A stretch of 55,779 bases of DNA from Prorocentrum cordatum. Lineage: Eukaryota. The DNA is taken from positions 62,001 through 117,779 of the forward strand of contig CAUYUJ010000135.1 in assembly GCA_963575745.1 (NCBI GenBank), given 5' to 3'. The notes under the pieces were generated by a model, which made no database searches, had not been told where the DNA came from, and was given only the letters and a program-made list of their open reading frames with translations. Shown one piece after another: positions 10,918-23,108 of the stretch (within the stretch, counting starts at the first letter, position 1; every line of letters starts with the position of its first letter). The translations under genes were made by a program, and so were the position numbers.

Positions 10918-13900
10918 CTCCCAGAGCCTTCGGGGCCTCTCCTTGGCCCTCCTACGGAAAATCCTGCAAAACCTAGCGAATTAGTCGAGACATCCTCGAA
11001 AGTCCTGCGCGCTGGACGCGGCACGCGCGAGACATCCTCGGAATTCCTGCGCGCGAGTCTTCCTTTGCATCCAAGTCCTGACCGAACTGATCTGGATCTG
11101 AAGCTCGAGCTTCCGAACACTATAGTACTGCCCCAGAGCTTAATTGACAGGGGGACAACATGCCAGGAGGACGGCGCCCGGCGAAACGTCCCCAGGAACG
11201 CGTCCAGCGAAGGGCCAACTGGACGTGGGAATGGGGTCGCCAACGTAGGCCGTGCCAATGGGGACGCGCCGGGGACACCTCAAAAATTCTGCGCGGGTGA
11301 CGTGGCCACGCTGCGAGACATATCGAATTCATGCGAGGGGACGTGCAAACAAGCATTGCGACTGATACTATCCTCTGAATCTGCACCCCCACGAGGCCAC
11401 CCGATCGCGCGTCCCCAAGTTGAGAAATCAAGCGTTTCGTCTTCCGATCTAACAAATTATGAAAAACCAGCGTTTCGCTCGAGACATCCGGTCAAAATTC
11501 TAAGAAATCCTGACAAAACAAACGAATTAGTCGAGACATCCTCAAAATTCCTGCGCGCGGGACGCGGCCCGCGCGAGACATCCTTGGAATTCCCGCGAGC
11601 GGGACACGAAAACAAGCATTTCGCCTGAGACATCCTCTGAATTCTGGCCCCCCGCTCGAGACATCTCCAAATTTTGCGAAAACCAGCGTTTCGCTCGAGA
11701 CATCCTCCACAAAATATGTAAAATAAGCGTTTCGCTCGAGACATCCTGCCAAAGTTCTAAGAAATCCTGACAAAACAAGCGAATTAGTCGAGACATCCTC
11801 GAAATTCCTGCGCGCGGGACGCGGCACGCGCGAGACATCCTCGGAATTCCTGCGCGCGGGGCGCGTTTCCGAGTCGCGGTCGGGGCTCCAGACCCCGTTA
11901 TTTTTCGAGGATTCTGCGAAAAACGCTCCGCACCCTCTTTTTTACGAGGGAAAGCGGGGGTCTGCGGACCCCGTTATTTATCGAGGATCCGAGATGGGGG
12001 GCGAACTTTACTCGAGCGGGCACGCACAAAACGCACTTTTTCTAAAAAAATCAGCACTTTACCTCGTTATTTATCGCAAATAATTTCGCCGGCGCTTGAC
12101 CCGTCAGATCCGGGGGTAAACGGCTAAAAGAGAACCCTGGGCCCGCGCCCTTTCCGGGAAAAAAGAAAACTCCTTCTCGCCCGCAGGTGTGTTAGCATCA
12201 CAAGACTGACCTCACTCATGCCCAGATCCCCTCCTCTCCCACCATCCAGTATCCCTCACTCGCCATCCCCGCTCCCACCCCACCCCTACCGCATGCCCCT
12301 CTTCAACCTCACTCCATCCCTCTTCCTCCTCCTCCTCCTGACCCTCCTCCCTTTGCATCCGCCTCATCCATCACCGATCAATCCGCTTCCTCTCTCCCTC
12401 GTGGTCGTCCTTCGCCTCATCATGTGGTTCCTCCTCATCCTCCTCTTCCTCCTCCTCCTCAGCATGCTCATGTTTCCCCCGCGTCGTCATCATGTGTTAC
12501 TTCTGTCTCTAACATCCGCCACCGTGCCTCAGGGGGGCCGGGGGGTTAACCTACTAAAAGAGAACCCTGGGCCCGCGCCCTTTCCGGGAACATGATCGAC
12601 CCACGAACCCGGAAAGGAATGTAGAACTGTAACACATGGCAGCGTTTTCAAAGACACCTGATTGGGTGACGGGCAAATGCAATACTGAAGGTATCGATCT
12701 TGATGTACCCTGCCGAGGGCTGTGCTGTGCTGCGCCGTGCTGAATTGCGATGTGCCATGGCGCGACTGTGCTCTATAGCCTCGTGGATCGAGTCCTCCTT
12801 TGCATCCGAGTCCTGACCGAACTGATCTGGATCTTAAGCTCGAGCTGCCTGAACACATAGTAGCTGCCCAGAGCTAATGGACAGGGGAACATGCCAGGAG
12901 GACGCGCCGCGAAACGTCCCAAGGGATGCGCCAGGCGACGTGCCAGGGGACGTGCCATGGGGTCGCACCGCGGGACGTGCCAAGGGGACGCGCTACGGAA
13001 CGTGCCAATGGCTGTGCCACGGGATGTGCCAGGGGACGCGCCACGCGACGTGCCAGGGGGACTCGCCAAAGGACGCCCCACGGAACGTGCCAAGGAACGT
13101 GCCAAGTTGCAATGCTGAGTGTATCGACCTTGATGTACCGTGCCGAAATCAGTGCTGTGCTGCGCCGTGCTGAATTGCGATGTGCCATGCCGCGATTGTG
13201 CTCTATAGCCTCGTGGATCGAGTCCTCCTTTGCATACGAGTCCTGACCGAACTGATCTGGATCTTAAGCTCGAGCTGCCTGAACACATAGTAGCTGCCCC
13301 AGAGCTAATGGACGTCGTCGGATCGTGAAAGCGTGGGCTCTACAGACCCCCAAGAGACCCTCCAAGAGAACCCCAAGACACCGCACCACGCAAGGCTCTA
13401 AGATGAGACTTTGTCGTCGTCGTCGCCGCCGCCGCCACCGCGACGTCGTCGTCGTGGGCTCTACAGACCCCCAAGAGACCCTCAAAGAGACCCCCCACGC
13501 AAGGCTCTAAGATGAGACTTTGTCGTCGTCGTCGCCGCCGCCGCCCTGTCCTCGATCCCTCGATTCGTGTGTAAGCAGTGGGATCTTACAGGGACCTCAA
13601 GAGACCCTCAAGCGAACCCCAAGGGGGACACCCCACGAAGGGCTCTAAGATGAGACTTTGTCGTGTCGTCTGTTCGTCGTCCGCCGCCAACGCGACGTCG
13701 TTCGTCGTCGTTCGGCTGTCCTCGATCACCGATCGTGTAAGCGTTGGCTCTACAGACCCCCAAGAGACCCTCCAAGAGAACCCCCGGAGACCCCCCCACG
13801 CAAGGCTCTAAGATGAGACTTTGTCGTCGTCGTCGCCGCCGCCGCCACCGCGACGTCGTCGTCGTCGTCGCGCTGTCCTCGATCACTCGATCGTGAAAGC

Positions 13901-14804
13901 GTGGGCTCTACAGACCCCCCAGGAGACCCTCCCAGAGAACCCCAAGACACCGCTCCACGCAAGGCTCTAAGATGAGACTTTGTCGTCGTCGTCGCCGCCG
14001 CCGCCACCGCGCGTGGGCTCTACAGACCCCCAAGAGACCCTCCAAGAGACCCCCCACGCAAGGCTCTAAGATGAGACTTTGTCGTCGTCGTCGCCGCCGC
14101 CGCCCTGTCCTCGATCCCTCGATCGTGTAAGCGTGGGCTCTACAGACCCTCAAGAGACCCTCCAAGAGAACCCCAAGAGACCCCCCCACGCAAGGCTCTA
14201 AGATGAGACTTTGTCGTCGTCATCGCCGCCGCCGCCGCCACCGCGACGTCGTCGTCGTCGTCGCGCTGTCCTCGAGCCCTCGATCGTGTAAGCGTGGGCT
14301 CTGCAGACCCCCAAGAGACCCTCCCAGAGAACCCCCGGAGACCCCCCCACGAGAGGCTCTAAGATGAGACTTTGTCGTCGTCGTCGCCGCCGCCGCCACC
14401 GCGACGTGGTCGTCATCGTCGCGCTGTCCTCGATCCCTCGATCGTGTAAGCGTGGGCTCTACAAACCGTCAAGAGACCCTCCAAGAGAACCCCAAGAGAC
14501 CCCCCCACGCAAGGCTCTAAGATGAGACTTTGTCGTCGTCGTCGTCGCCGCCGCCGCCACCGCGACGTCGTCGTCGTCGTCGCGCTGTCCTCGATCCCTC
14601 GATCGTGTAAGCGTGGGCTCTACAGACCCTCCAGAGACCCTCCAAGAGAACCCAAAGAGACCCCCCCACGCAAGGCTCTAAGATGAGACTTTGTCGTCGT
14701 GGTGGACGCCGCCGCCACCGCGACGTCGTCGTCGTCGCGCTGTCCTCGACCCGTCGATCATGTAAGCGTGGACTCTACAAACCGTCCAAGAGAACCCCAA
14801 GAGA

Positions 14805-14842
<38 letters not shown>

Positions 14843-16200
14843 CTCCCAGAGCCTTCGGGGCCTCTCCTTGGCCCTCCTACGGAAAATCCTGCAAAACCTA
14901 GCGAATTAGTCGAGACATCCTCGAAATTCCTGCGCGCTGGACGCGGCACGCGCGAGACATCCTCGGAATTCCTGCGCGCGAGTCTTCCTTTGCATCCAAG
15001 TCCTGACCGAACTGATCTGGATCTGAAGCTCGAGCTTCCTGAACACATAGTAGCTGCCCCAGAGCTAATTGACAGGGGGACATGCCAGGAGGACGCGCCG
15101 CGAAACGTCCCCAGGGACGCGCCAGGCGACGTGCCAAGGGACGTGCCATGGGGTCGCACCGTAGGCCGTGCCAAGGGGACGCGCTACGGGACATCCTCAA
15201 AATTCCTGCGCGCGGGACGTGGCACGCGCGAGACATCTTCCGAATTCCTGCGAGCGGGACGTGAAAACAAGCATTTCGCCTGAGACATCCTCTGAATTCT
15301 GGCCCCCCACGAGGCCCCCGCTCGAGACATCCCCAAGTTTGCAGAAACCAGCGTTTCGCTCGAGACATCCTCAACAAATTATGAAAAACAAGCGTTTCGC
15401 TCGAGACATCCGGTCAAAATTCTAAGAAATCCTGACAAAACAAACGAATTAGTCGAGACATCCTCGAAATTCCTGCGCGCGGGACGCGGCCCGCGCGAGA
15501 CATCCTTGGAATTCCCGCGAGCGGGACACGAAAACAAGCATTTCGCCTGAGACATCCTCTGAATTCTGGCCCCCCGCTCGAGACATCTCCAAATTTTGCG
15601 GAAACCAGCGTTTCGCTCGAGACATCCTCCACAAACTATGTAAAATAAGCGTTTCGCTCGAGACATCCTGCCAAAGTTCTAAGAAATCCTGACAAAACAA
15701 GCGAATTAGTCGAGACATCCTCGAAATTCCTGCGCGCGGGACGCGGCACGCGCGAGACATCCTCGGAATTCCTGCGCGCGGGGCGCTTTTCCGAGTCGCG
15801 GTCGGGGCTCCAGACCCCGTTATTTTTCGAGGATTCTGCGAAAAACGCTCCGCACCCTCTTTTTTACGAGGGAAAGCGGGGGTCTGCGGACCCCGTTATT
15901 TATCGAGGATCCGAGATGGGGGGCGAACTTTCCTCGAGCGGGCACGCACAAAACGCACTTTTTCTAAAAAAATCAGCACTTTACCTCGTTATTTATCGCA
16001 AATAATTTCGCCGGCGCTTGACCCGTCAGATCCGGGGGTAAACGGCTAAAAGAGAACCCTGGGCCCGCGCCCTTTCCGGGAAAAAATCAGCACTTTACCT
16101 CGTTATTTATCGCAAATAATTTCGCCGGCGCTTGACCCGTCAGATCCGGGGGTAAACGGCTAAAAGAGAACCCTGGGCCCGCGCCCTTTCCGGGAAAAAA
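5967..16200. repeat. Composite satellite array built from three module types (~420-bp unit; ~40-bp GCGTTTCGCTCGAGACATCC unit; ~80-160-bp GGCTCTAAGATGAGACTTTGTCGTCG unit)
   Basis: Recurrent cores such as gcatccgagtcctgaccgaactgatctggatcttaagctcgagctg (e.g. ~6610, 7028, 8514, 8952, 12802), gcgtttcgctcgagacatcc (many copies in 7660-9665, 11470-11750, 15350-15670) and ggctctaagatgagactttgtcgtcg (9700-10900, 13380-14840). Confidence 0.9.
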
Positions 16201-16565
16201 GAAAACTCCTTCTCGCCCGCAGGTGTGTTAGCATCACAAGACTGACCTCACTCATGCCCAGATCCCCTCCTCTCCCACCATCCAGTATCCCTCACTCGCC
16301 ATCCCCGCTCCCACCCCACCCCTACCGCATGCCCCTCTTCAACCTCACTCCATCCCTCTTCCTCCTCCTCCTCCTGACCCTCCTCCCTTTGCATCCGCCT
16401 CATCCATCACCGATCAATCCGCTTCCTCTCTCCCTCGTGGTCGTCCTTCGCCTCATCATGTGGTTCCTCCTCATCCTCCTCTTCCTCCTCCTCCTCAGCA
16501 TGCTCATGTTTCCCCCGCGTCGTCATCATGTGTTACTTCTGTCTCTAACATCCGCCACCGTGCCT
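9720..16565 (+). repeat. Tandem segmental duplication: ~9720-12529 recurs at ~13640-16565
   Basis: The unique-looking 12160-12529 segment matches 16196-16565 (offset 4036; the ORF track shows the same MPRSPPLPP.. translation twice), and the upstream satellite modules occur in the same order. Confidence 0.9.
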
Positions 16566-16952
16566 GCGCGGCACGAGTTGGAGCGCCGGAGTGTCCTCCG
16601 TTCCCTTGCTCACCTCCCTGAGCCTCAGTCCAAAATTCTGCGGATGCTGTGAGGGGCACGGACCCCAAAATTCTCAAATCTCCCGGCGCTCCCTGCGCGC
16701 CCAGGGCGTCTGCCCGCACGACTTGCTCGAGCCCAAAAGGTCCAAAGACAGGCCAAGAGGGCTCCAGGAGGCCTCCCAGTGTCCACGAGGGCCTCGAGTC
16801 GCCGAACCATCGGACCAAAGCACGATGGCGGGATGGGCCGCACGCCACTAGATGTATCCCCCATCCTGCACCATATCTCATCAGCCTTGGCTCACCAATC
16901 ATCCTGCTCCTTCTCCTCCTCCTCCTCCTCCTCCTCCTCCTCCTCCTCCTCC

Positions 16953-16986
<34 letters not shown>

Positions 16987-17695
16987 TCTCATCCACCTAA
17001 TCATTCTGCTCCCCCCCAACAACTACCACTATTCGTATTATTTTCATGTTGAGTAATAACATGAGAAATATTAGCACTCGTCTTGCGTCTTCTTAGTTAG
17101 TATAAAAGTATGGGCAGTATTAGTCATGTTATTCTGCATCAACATCCTCCGCCTCGTCAGCATCGTCATCGTCACCGTCATGCCCAGCCCACCACCACCA
17201 TCTTCATCATCATCATCAGCAGCAGCATCACCAACATCAGAATCATCATCACCATCAGCATCAACATCAGCATCATCACCGTCATCATCACCATCATCCG
17301 CATCATCATGAACCTCATCATCAGAATCCTCATCATAATTGTCGCAAGCTTTAGCATCAGCCCCCTTTATCAGCATCACCATCATCGCCGTCATCATCAT
17401 ACTCATCACCATCACCAGCGCCATAATCCTCAGCATCATCATCCTACTAATCATTAACATACGCATCGTCATCATCATCATCATCATCAGCAGCAGCATC
17501 AGCAGCAGCATCATCATGGTGGTCATCATCAGCATCAACAGCATCAGCATCATTGTCATCATCAGCATCAGCATCAGCATCAGCATCAGCATCATCATTG
17601 TCATCAGTCTCATCATCGTCATCGTCATCGCAATCGTTATTATCATCGTCATCATCAGCATCATCAGCATCATCATCAGCATCGTCAGCATCATG

Positions 17696-17757
<62 letters not shown>

Positions 17758-20700
17758 ATGAATCAGCAGCATCATCATCCTCTTCCTCATCACCAACATC
17801 ATCATCAGCCTCGTCAGCATGAGCATCATCAGCCTCATCAGTATCAGCATCATCATCGTCATCATCATCACCATCATCATCAGCATCGTCATCGTCATCG
17901 CCATCGTCATCGTCATCGTCACCAGCATCAGCATCAACATCAGCATCATCGTTGTCATCATCATCAGCATCATCATTATTGTTACTCGTATGACCATTTT
18001 CATCGACACTCCGCCTCCTTCCCACCCTCCTCCTTCTTCTCCTCATCATCAGCATCACCCTCATCCTCATCAGCATCATCCTCATCCTCCTCCTCATCAG
18101 CATCATCACCAGCTTCATCAGCATGAGCATCATCAGCCTCTTCCGTATCAGCACCATCTTCATCATCCACATCAGCATCACCATCATCATCATCATCATC
18201 AACATCATCATCAACATCATCATCAGTATTGTTACTCGTTTGACCATTCTCATCGACACTCCGCCTCCCTCCCACCCTCCTCCTCCTGCTCCCCCACCTC
18301 ACACCTACTCACTCTTCCCTCTCCTTCGCCTCCCCGCTCTCCTCCTGCACATCCCCCCTCCGCCCCCGCAGTGCCCTCCTCTCCTGCCGCGAGTCGCTGA
18401 GCGCGGCTCCGCATGCCGAGGCACCAGGGCGGCTTGCCCGGCGCCGCCCGGGAGGAGCCCGACGAGAGGCCGCCGTCCGAGTCCGAGAAGTCTCCGGGGG
18501 GAGGGCGGGGCACACGCTGCGCAGTCGACCGTGGACCCCTTGGTTAGCACACCCTGGGATTCTTAGGAAGCCTGGGGGGGGGGGGCCCCCCCGACGGGGG
18601 TCAACCTCGCCTCGTCGTCGCTCCGCGCCGGGGGTCGGAGCGCCTTCGGCGCGCGGCGGCCGCCCGCGACTGGGGTCGACGTGGGGCTGCCGGCGGGGGT
18701 GACGCCCCCGACGCTTATCAGGAACCTCGGAGTAGAGGAAGCGGGTCCTGAGAGAAACGGGTCCTGGACCCTGATGCCTTCCCCCGGGACGAGTGGTGGT
18801 TCATCATGCGTTGCTTTCGGGCAGTCCTGGGGCCCGTGGAGGGCCCCGAGAGCCCGAAGACGGCGACAAACCTCGGGACCCGCTCACCTCAGGACACGCT
18901 TCCCCCATGGCGACTTGGTACCCCCCAGGCCTTGGACGGTCTTCGGCTCGGCGGTCTTCCGATGTCTCGCGGACTTCCGAGGGCTTTGGCGCTTCCCTCC
19001 CAGCTGGTCTTCCGCAGCGCCAGGCGGTCTTCGTGCGCGGAGGCTGGGCGGTTGTGTGCAACAAGGGGCCCATGATCAGGCGGGTGGTCAGGGGTGGTGA
19101 CATAACACGGGGGCGAAGGAAGGGGCCCAGAGGAGCCCTTTGGGGCCCCTTTTGGAGCCAGCCGGGGCCCCAAGGGGGCCCCGGCTGGCTCCTTTAGGGC
19201 CTTTGTCTTCACCCCCCATTTAGGCCACCCCTCATTACCACCCGCCCGACATGATCGGAAGCCCAACAAACGTACCTTCAGAGAGGCGTGCCCCCAGTGA
19301 GGCTCCTCCATCTCCTCCTCCTCCTCCTCCTCCTCCTCCTCCTCCTCCTCCTCCTCCTCCTCCTCCTCCTCATCCTCCATCTCCTCCTCTTCCTCATCCT
19401 CCTCCTCCTCCTCCTCCTCCTCCTCCTCCTCCGTAGCCATTTTGGCTCAAGCCTGCTTTGGGCGCCAGGCGGGCTGTTGCTGCCCCCTGCCGCGGCTCGG
19501 GCGACGGCGGCGGTCCTCCCCCTCGTCGGGGAGCAGGCGGCGTTGCTTGCGCCGCTGGTCAAGGCGGCAGCTGCTGGGGCTGCTGAAGGCGGCGGCGGGC
19601 GGCAGGTGGTGGCCGCCGCTGTCGCTTCGGCCCTTCGCGTGGGCGCTTCTCTCCTCGCCCCGCGCCTGGCTTCCGAGGTGGACGAGGAGGTGGCGGCGAG
19701 GGAGGAGCTTGGAAGGCCTCATCTGACCGAGATGGTGCGGGCGGGCGGCGAAGGCGTCGTGGCTCGGACTTCTGGGGCCAGTCGCGCCTTCCGCGGCTGG
19801 GCCCAGCACGCCGATTTCGGCGCAGGGCCGCAGGCGGCGCCCGCCACGGCCGGCGAGGCCCGGCGCCGGGCGCGTGGCCGCCGACGTGGGGCTGGCGATG
19901 CAGCGTCGGCTCCCACCACGGACGATTTGGAGGACGACAAGGTGGAGCTGAAGGAGAAGGTCTCATTGCACCCTTGCGCTCAGCGGATGGGGGAGCTGAT
20001 GAAGAAGGACTTCAAGTGCGCCCCTGGATGCCAGGCCACCCTGGAGGTCAAGGCGGTGGGGTCGGCCATTGACGAGCTGGCCCTGGGGAACACTCGGCTG
20101 TGCAGGGGGGAGACCAAGTGCGACTCTGAGAAGCTCGTCGTGAAGGACTCCAGGGAGACGGTCCAGGAGCAACTCGACGGGGACGTGGACTCGGAGCTGC
20201 CGAAGGAGGCGTCCCTCAAGGTCCAGGTCGGCAGAAAGGCTGCTGACCTCGATCCGCTCCTGGCCCAGGACGGCCTGGCCCGCGTCGTGACGGCCGCCAG
20301 GAAGTACGAGGCCATGCAGCAGGCGGCCTTCGGCGTCCAGCAGGCTAAGAACGCCTTGGCTGAGGCGCAGGCTTGGTTCGACGCGGCCGTTGATGAGGCT
20401 GTCGACGCTGCCTCGGGCTTGGAGGAGGACGAGCGCACGGCGTTCATGGTGAAGCTCGGCCTCCCGCCCTAGAAGGTGGCCTTGTGGTGAGTGCCGCGGA
20501 GGCTCGTGCCCTCCTGCGGCACTCCTGATTCGGTGCTGCAGAGGCCCGTGTTCCTCCTGCGCCCTGCCTGGCTGGCCGAGGCTCGTGTTCCTCCGCCGCC
20601 AGGGCCTTTTCGCGCGGAGGCTCGTGTTCCTCCTGCGCCGCGATGTGCAGTCGCGGAGGCTCGTGTTCCTCCTGCGGCTGGGGCCCTGGGGTTGCGGAGG

Positions 20701-23108
20701 CCCGTGTTCCTCCTGCGACCCCAGGGGCCGCAGAAAGATCGGTGGCCGCGTGAGCGGCGTTAAGCAGAGTCCAGCAGAGTCCTCCTCCTCCTCCTCCTCC
20801 TCCTCCTCCTCCTCCTCCTCCTCCTCCTCCTCCTCCTCCTCCCCCTCCTCCCCCCCTCCTCCTCACCCTCTCTCCTCCTCGTCCTCCTCCCTCCCTCCTC
20901 CTCCTCCTCCTCCTCCTCCTCGTCCTCCTCCCCCTCCTCCTCCCCCCTCCTCCTTCTCCCTCCTCCTCCTCCCTCCCTCCTCCTCCTCCTCCTCCTCCTC
21001 CTCCCTGCCTCCTCCTGCTCATTGCTCCTCCTCCTCCTCCTCCTCCTCCTCCTCCTCCTCCTCCTCCTCCTCCTCTCAGACTCACCGCTTTCACCGAGCG
21101 CCGACGTGGGAGTTGGTCACTGGCACCGCGTGGATCTTTCAAGCTCGGAAGATCGGCGGCTTTCCGAGAGCACCGAACCTTCGCCATCCGATTTCTTCGG
21201 GCCGCCGCCTGCGTTCGACTTTGACTGCAGAAGCCCGGGTCGCTGACCTGGCAGGTCAACGCACCGCGAACTGACTACACGTTTGGCCTCCCCAACACAC
21301 GTGGCACGTTTGCTCTGGATCACTGACCAAACTGCCAGGACTGCGAGCGGGCCGCCTTTGCACAGCCCCTGGTTGCGAGGAGGGATTGCCAAGGGGAGAC
21401 ACCCGTCGCATGGGGAAACCCCAGCCGCAGCCTGTGACTGCGTTTTGCTCACGCGGGCTGACCCTGGCTAGCAACCCCCAAGAAAGTCGATGCCCTAGTG
21501 GCGCCCTACATAGGGCATTGCCCTCACGCCTGCGACGGTATTCCCTGCCTTGGGCTGGGCATGCTAGGGGGGAGTGGAACTCGGGCGCGTTCTGACCAGA
21601 ATTTTGCGGTGACTCCATCCGTGGCGACGAGGGTACCCCCTGGAGAAGCCGTAAGGCGAAGACGAGAGAAGGGCGTCGGAGTCGCTCTGTTTCTCGCATC
21701 GATCCGCCTCAACCCAAAACCATACCGGCGGACCTCTCCCCGGATCCATGCTGGACGGCTATAACCACCCTAGGTCGGTGTGCGGGCATCTCTTCCGCCT
21801 CTGAGCTTGGCCTCCCCCGAGGAGCCCGACTCGCTCTCCGCGTCGCTCGGCGGGGTGGCCGTTCTGCTCCAGACCTCTCGGGCCGGACGCGCGGCGGAAA
21901 CGCAGGGGGGCTCAGCGAATTAGCTCACGTAGCTCGTCTTCTAGGGGATCTTCTGACCCGGGTTCCTCCTCCCCCTCCTCCTCCTCCTCCTCCTCCTCCT
22001 CCTCCTCCTCCTCCATCTCCTCCTCTTCCTCCTCCTCCTCCTCCTCCTCCTCCTCCTCCTCCTCCTCCTCCTCCTCAGTCCAGACCCGGGTCAGCAGCAA
22101 ACCAAAAACCGCAATGCAGGGAAAAAAAAAATGCAACGCAGGTCTTCGCAAACCCGGGTCAGCCAATATGTGCGGCCGCCCCGCGGCCACGAGCGGCTCG
22201 CTAGTTAACCCGGGTCAGCCAGAGGGGGTCTTCGCAGGATCCTGCAGGATCTGGTGCCGTGGCTGGCCCCCGTTTGCATCGACCCCCATCTCAAGGCTCC
22301 CGACCTTCCCCGCACATCCAGGCGCCGGAGGCGCCGGCGTGTCCGGAGAGAAGTGCCCGAAGACGGGAGCGCAGACAAGCTGCAGGCAGCAGTGCTCGAC
22401 CCCCCCTCCCCAGTTTCCCAGTCCCCCCGTGTCGTCCGACCAGCAGTGCGAGGCGGGGAGAGGGCATAGCCTTATCCACCGCCTGGGGAACCGACGTCCT
22501 GAGACCCCAGCGGGCGGTGGATATGGCTATGTGTTGGCCTCGGGGCCCTCGCATGCATCCGCATCCACATGCCTGCCGAAGTTCCCAAAGATCGATCCCC
22601 CAGGTTCAAATTGTGAATGAGTCCCCACCTCGGACACAGCCTTCTCGTCCCGCGCGCCACTCGGCGCGGCAGCGCCCACCCTGCGCCCCTCGCCGGAGGC
22701 GCCGCGCGGGTGCGCCCACTCAGCGACGCCGACGGCCGCGGCGCCGACGGCGGTGTCGACCGCGGCGACAGCGACGGCGTCGCTAGTCTCCAGCTCTCCC
22801 AGAGCGCTCAAGTCGAACTGGCTGACCGTTCTGCGCCACCCGCCGAGCGTGGCGTCAGCGACGTAGAACGCCTCGGCGCTGTAGGTCGACTCCGGGTTGA
22901 AGTCCAGCACCTGGCTGCGGACTGGTGACAGAGCGGCCAGTGGCAACAGGGGAAGGATAAGGAGGAGAAGGAGGAAAAGGAGGAAGAGGCGAAAAAGGAG
23001 GCCCCCCGAAGGCCTGTGCAAGGCCAGAACTGCGCACCAAATGTTTGCTAGCGTGGGCCCCAAAGTGTTCATTATTGTAATTCGCCGGCCCAACGGGCCA
23101 GACGCGTG
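16564..23108 (-). CDS. Short exons of an unidentified host gene (23108-23014, 22910-22629, 22379-22305; weaker candidates ~21875-21800, ~18517-18390, 16646-16564)
   Basis: Three consecutive AG-acceptor / GC- or GT-donor exons join in phase: RVWPVGPANYNNEHFGAHASKHLVRSSGLAQ | VLDFNPESTYSAEAFYVADATLGGWRR...EKAVSE | LVCAPVFGHFSPDTPAPPAPGCAGK. Product not recognised; the gene probably extends beyond these coordinates. Confidence 0.5.
16954..18235. repeat. Degenerate (CAT/CAG)n trinucleotide tract
   Basis: Direct reading; pure (CAT)n at ~17696-17757. Confidence 0.95.
19430..19451 (+). other. Dinoflagellate spliced-leader sequence (genomic copy)
   Basis: TCCGTAGCCATTTTGGCTCAAG is a 22/22 match to the DinoSL consensus DCCGTAGCCATTTTGGCTCAAG. 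Confidence 0.97.
19732..20472 (+). CDS. Hypothetical 246-aa protein (frame open back to the SL), helical/coiled-coil-like C-terminus
   Basis: First ATG after the SL within ORF 19288..20472; coding-like GC3-rich codons; no domain recognised. Confidence 0.5.
   Translation: MVRAGGEGVVARTSGASRAFRGWAQHADFGAGPQAAPATAGEARRRARGRRRGAGDAASAPTTDDLEDDKVELKEKVSLHPCAQRMGELMKKDFKCAPGCQATLEVKAVGSAIDELALGNTRLCRGETKCDSEKLVVKDSRETVQEQLDGDVDSELPKEASLKVQVGRKAADLDPLLAQDGLARVVTAARKYEAMQQAAFGVQQAKNALAEAQAWFDAAVDEAVDAASGLEEDERTAFMVKLGLPP

Larger units (their letters stand above)
19430..20780 (+). mobile_element. SL-capped retroposed insert (retrocopy or non-autonomous retroelement) within a (CCT)n microsatellite
   Basis: Begins exactly at the DinoSL; intronless open frame to 20472; ~40-bp 3' tandem repeats (ggctcgtgttcctcctgcg); short repeated tail agcagagtcc-agcagagtcc; (CCT)n on both sides (19303-19430 and 20780-21075). 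Confidence 0.75.

Noticed and set aside
11100..11460. Locally scrambled copy of the satellite unit giving a 284-aa ORF (10774..11628)
   Set aside because: Compared with the clean duplicate at ~15020-15380 it is dense in small indels, consistent with sequencing/consensus error or decay rather than a gene.
6075..15760. Many 60-280-aa ORFs recurring in the satellite array, and CRISPR-like spacing of GCGTTTCGCTCGAGACATCC
   Set aside because: The ORFs are repeat translations; the spacers are themselves repeated and similar, there are no cas genes, and the context is eukaryotic.
21076..21760. Possible HDV-like or hammerhead ribozyme in a non-coding repeat-like segment
   Set aside because: A P2-like pairing (GTTTGG/CCAAAC) exists, but L3 is too long, the P1.1 GG is absent, and there is no CTGANGA core.
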